From Amoeboaphelidium protococcarum X5 (Eukaryota > Fungi > Aphelidiomycota), in the NCBI GenBank assembly GCA_023515725.1, contig JALDTO010000208.1, positions 303,164 to 367,163 on the forward strand: a stretch of DNA of 64,000 nucleotides. The letters are read 5' to 3'. The position numbers and the translations under genes were made by a program. The notes below the pieces were generated by a model, which had not been told where the DNA came from, did not search any database, and saw nothing but the letters and a program-made list of their open reading frames with translations. Positions within the stretch are counted from its first letter, which is position 1; every line of letters starts with the position of its first letter. This document shows, piece after piece, positions 63,957-64,000 of this stretch.

Positions 63957-64000
63957 TTTATGAAAGTTATATTTACTGAAACAAGGCGTTCTGATGTGTT

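Noticed and set aside
1-64000. Mass pseudogenisation suggested by the many in-frame stops
   Set aside because: The stops are only TAA/TAG, sit on conserved Gln positions and leave frames intact, so this is a code reassignment.

Overview
Gene-dense eukaryotic (opisthokont, fungus-related) nuclear DNA with a non-standard genetic code: TAA and TAG are read as Gln and only TGA terminates. This is why the supplied ORF track is fragmented. The code, the fungal-like gene set and the retained amoeboid-motility genes fit an aphelid such as Amoeboaphelidium protococcarum (inference). Hand re-translation gives about 32 protein genes with short introns (roughly 50-90 nt), most ending in TGTAG. They include a GBF1/Gea ARF-GEF, MSH5, AMS1, BRE1, TYW4-JmjC, a MyTH4-FERM myosin, ARPC4, NAP1, ACMSD, SEC66 and SMC1. 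The most striking items are: (i) a tandem pair of intronless, signal-peptide-bearing, Cys-conserved atypical (haspin/large-DNA-virus-like) kinases at 24.4-27.4 kb, which are candidate secreted host effectors; (ii) a Myb/SANT domain fused into a mitochondrial ZnT9-like zinc transporter; (iii) a small DUF4313-like gene of probable prokaryotic/phage origin; (iv) an extended TGTAG splice acceptor; (v) an apparent excess of ACGCGT; (vi) a frameshifted ENPP gene. All coordinates come from manual translation, and starts and exon boundaries are approximate.
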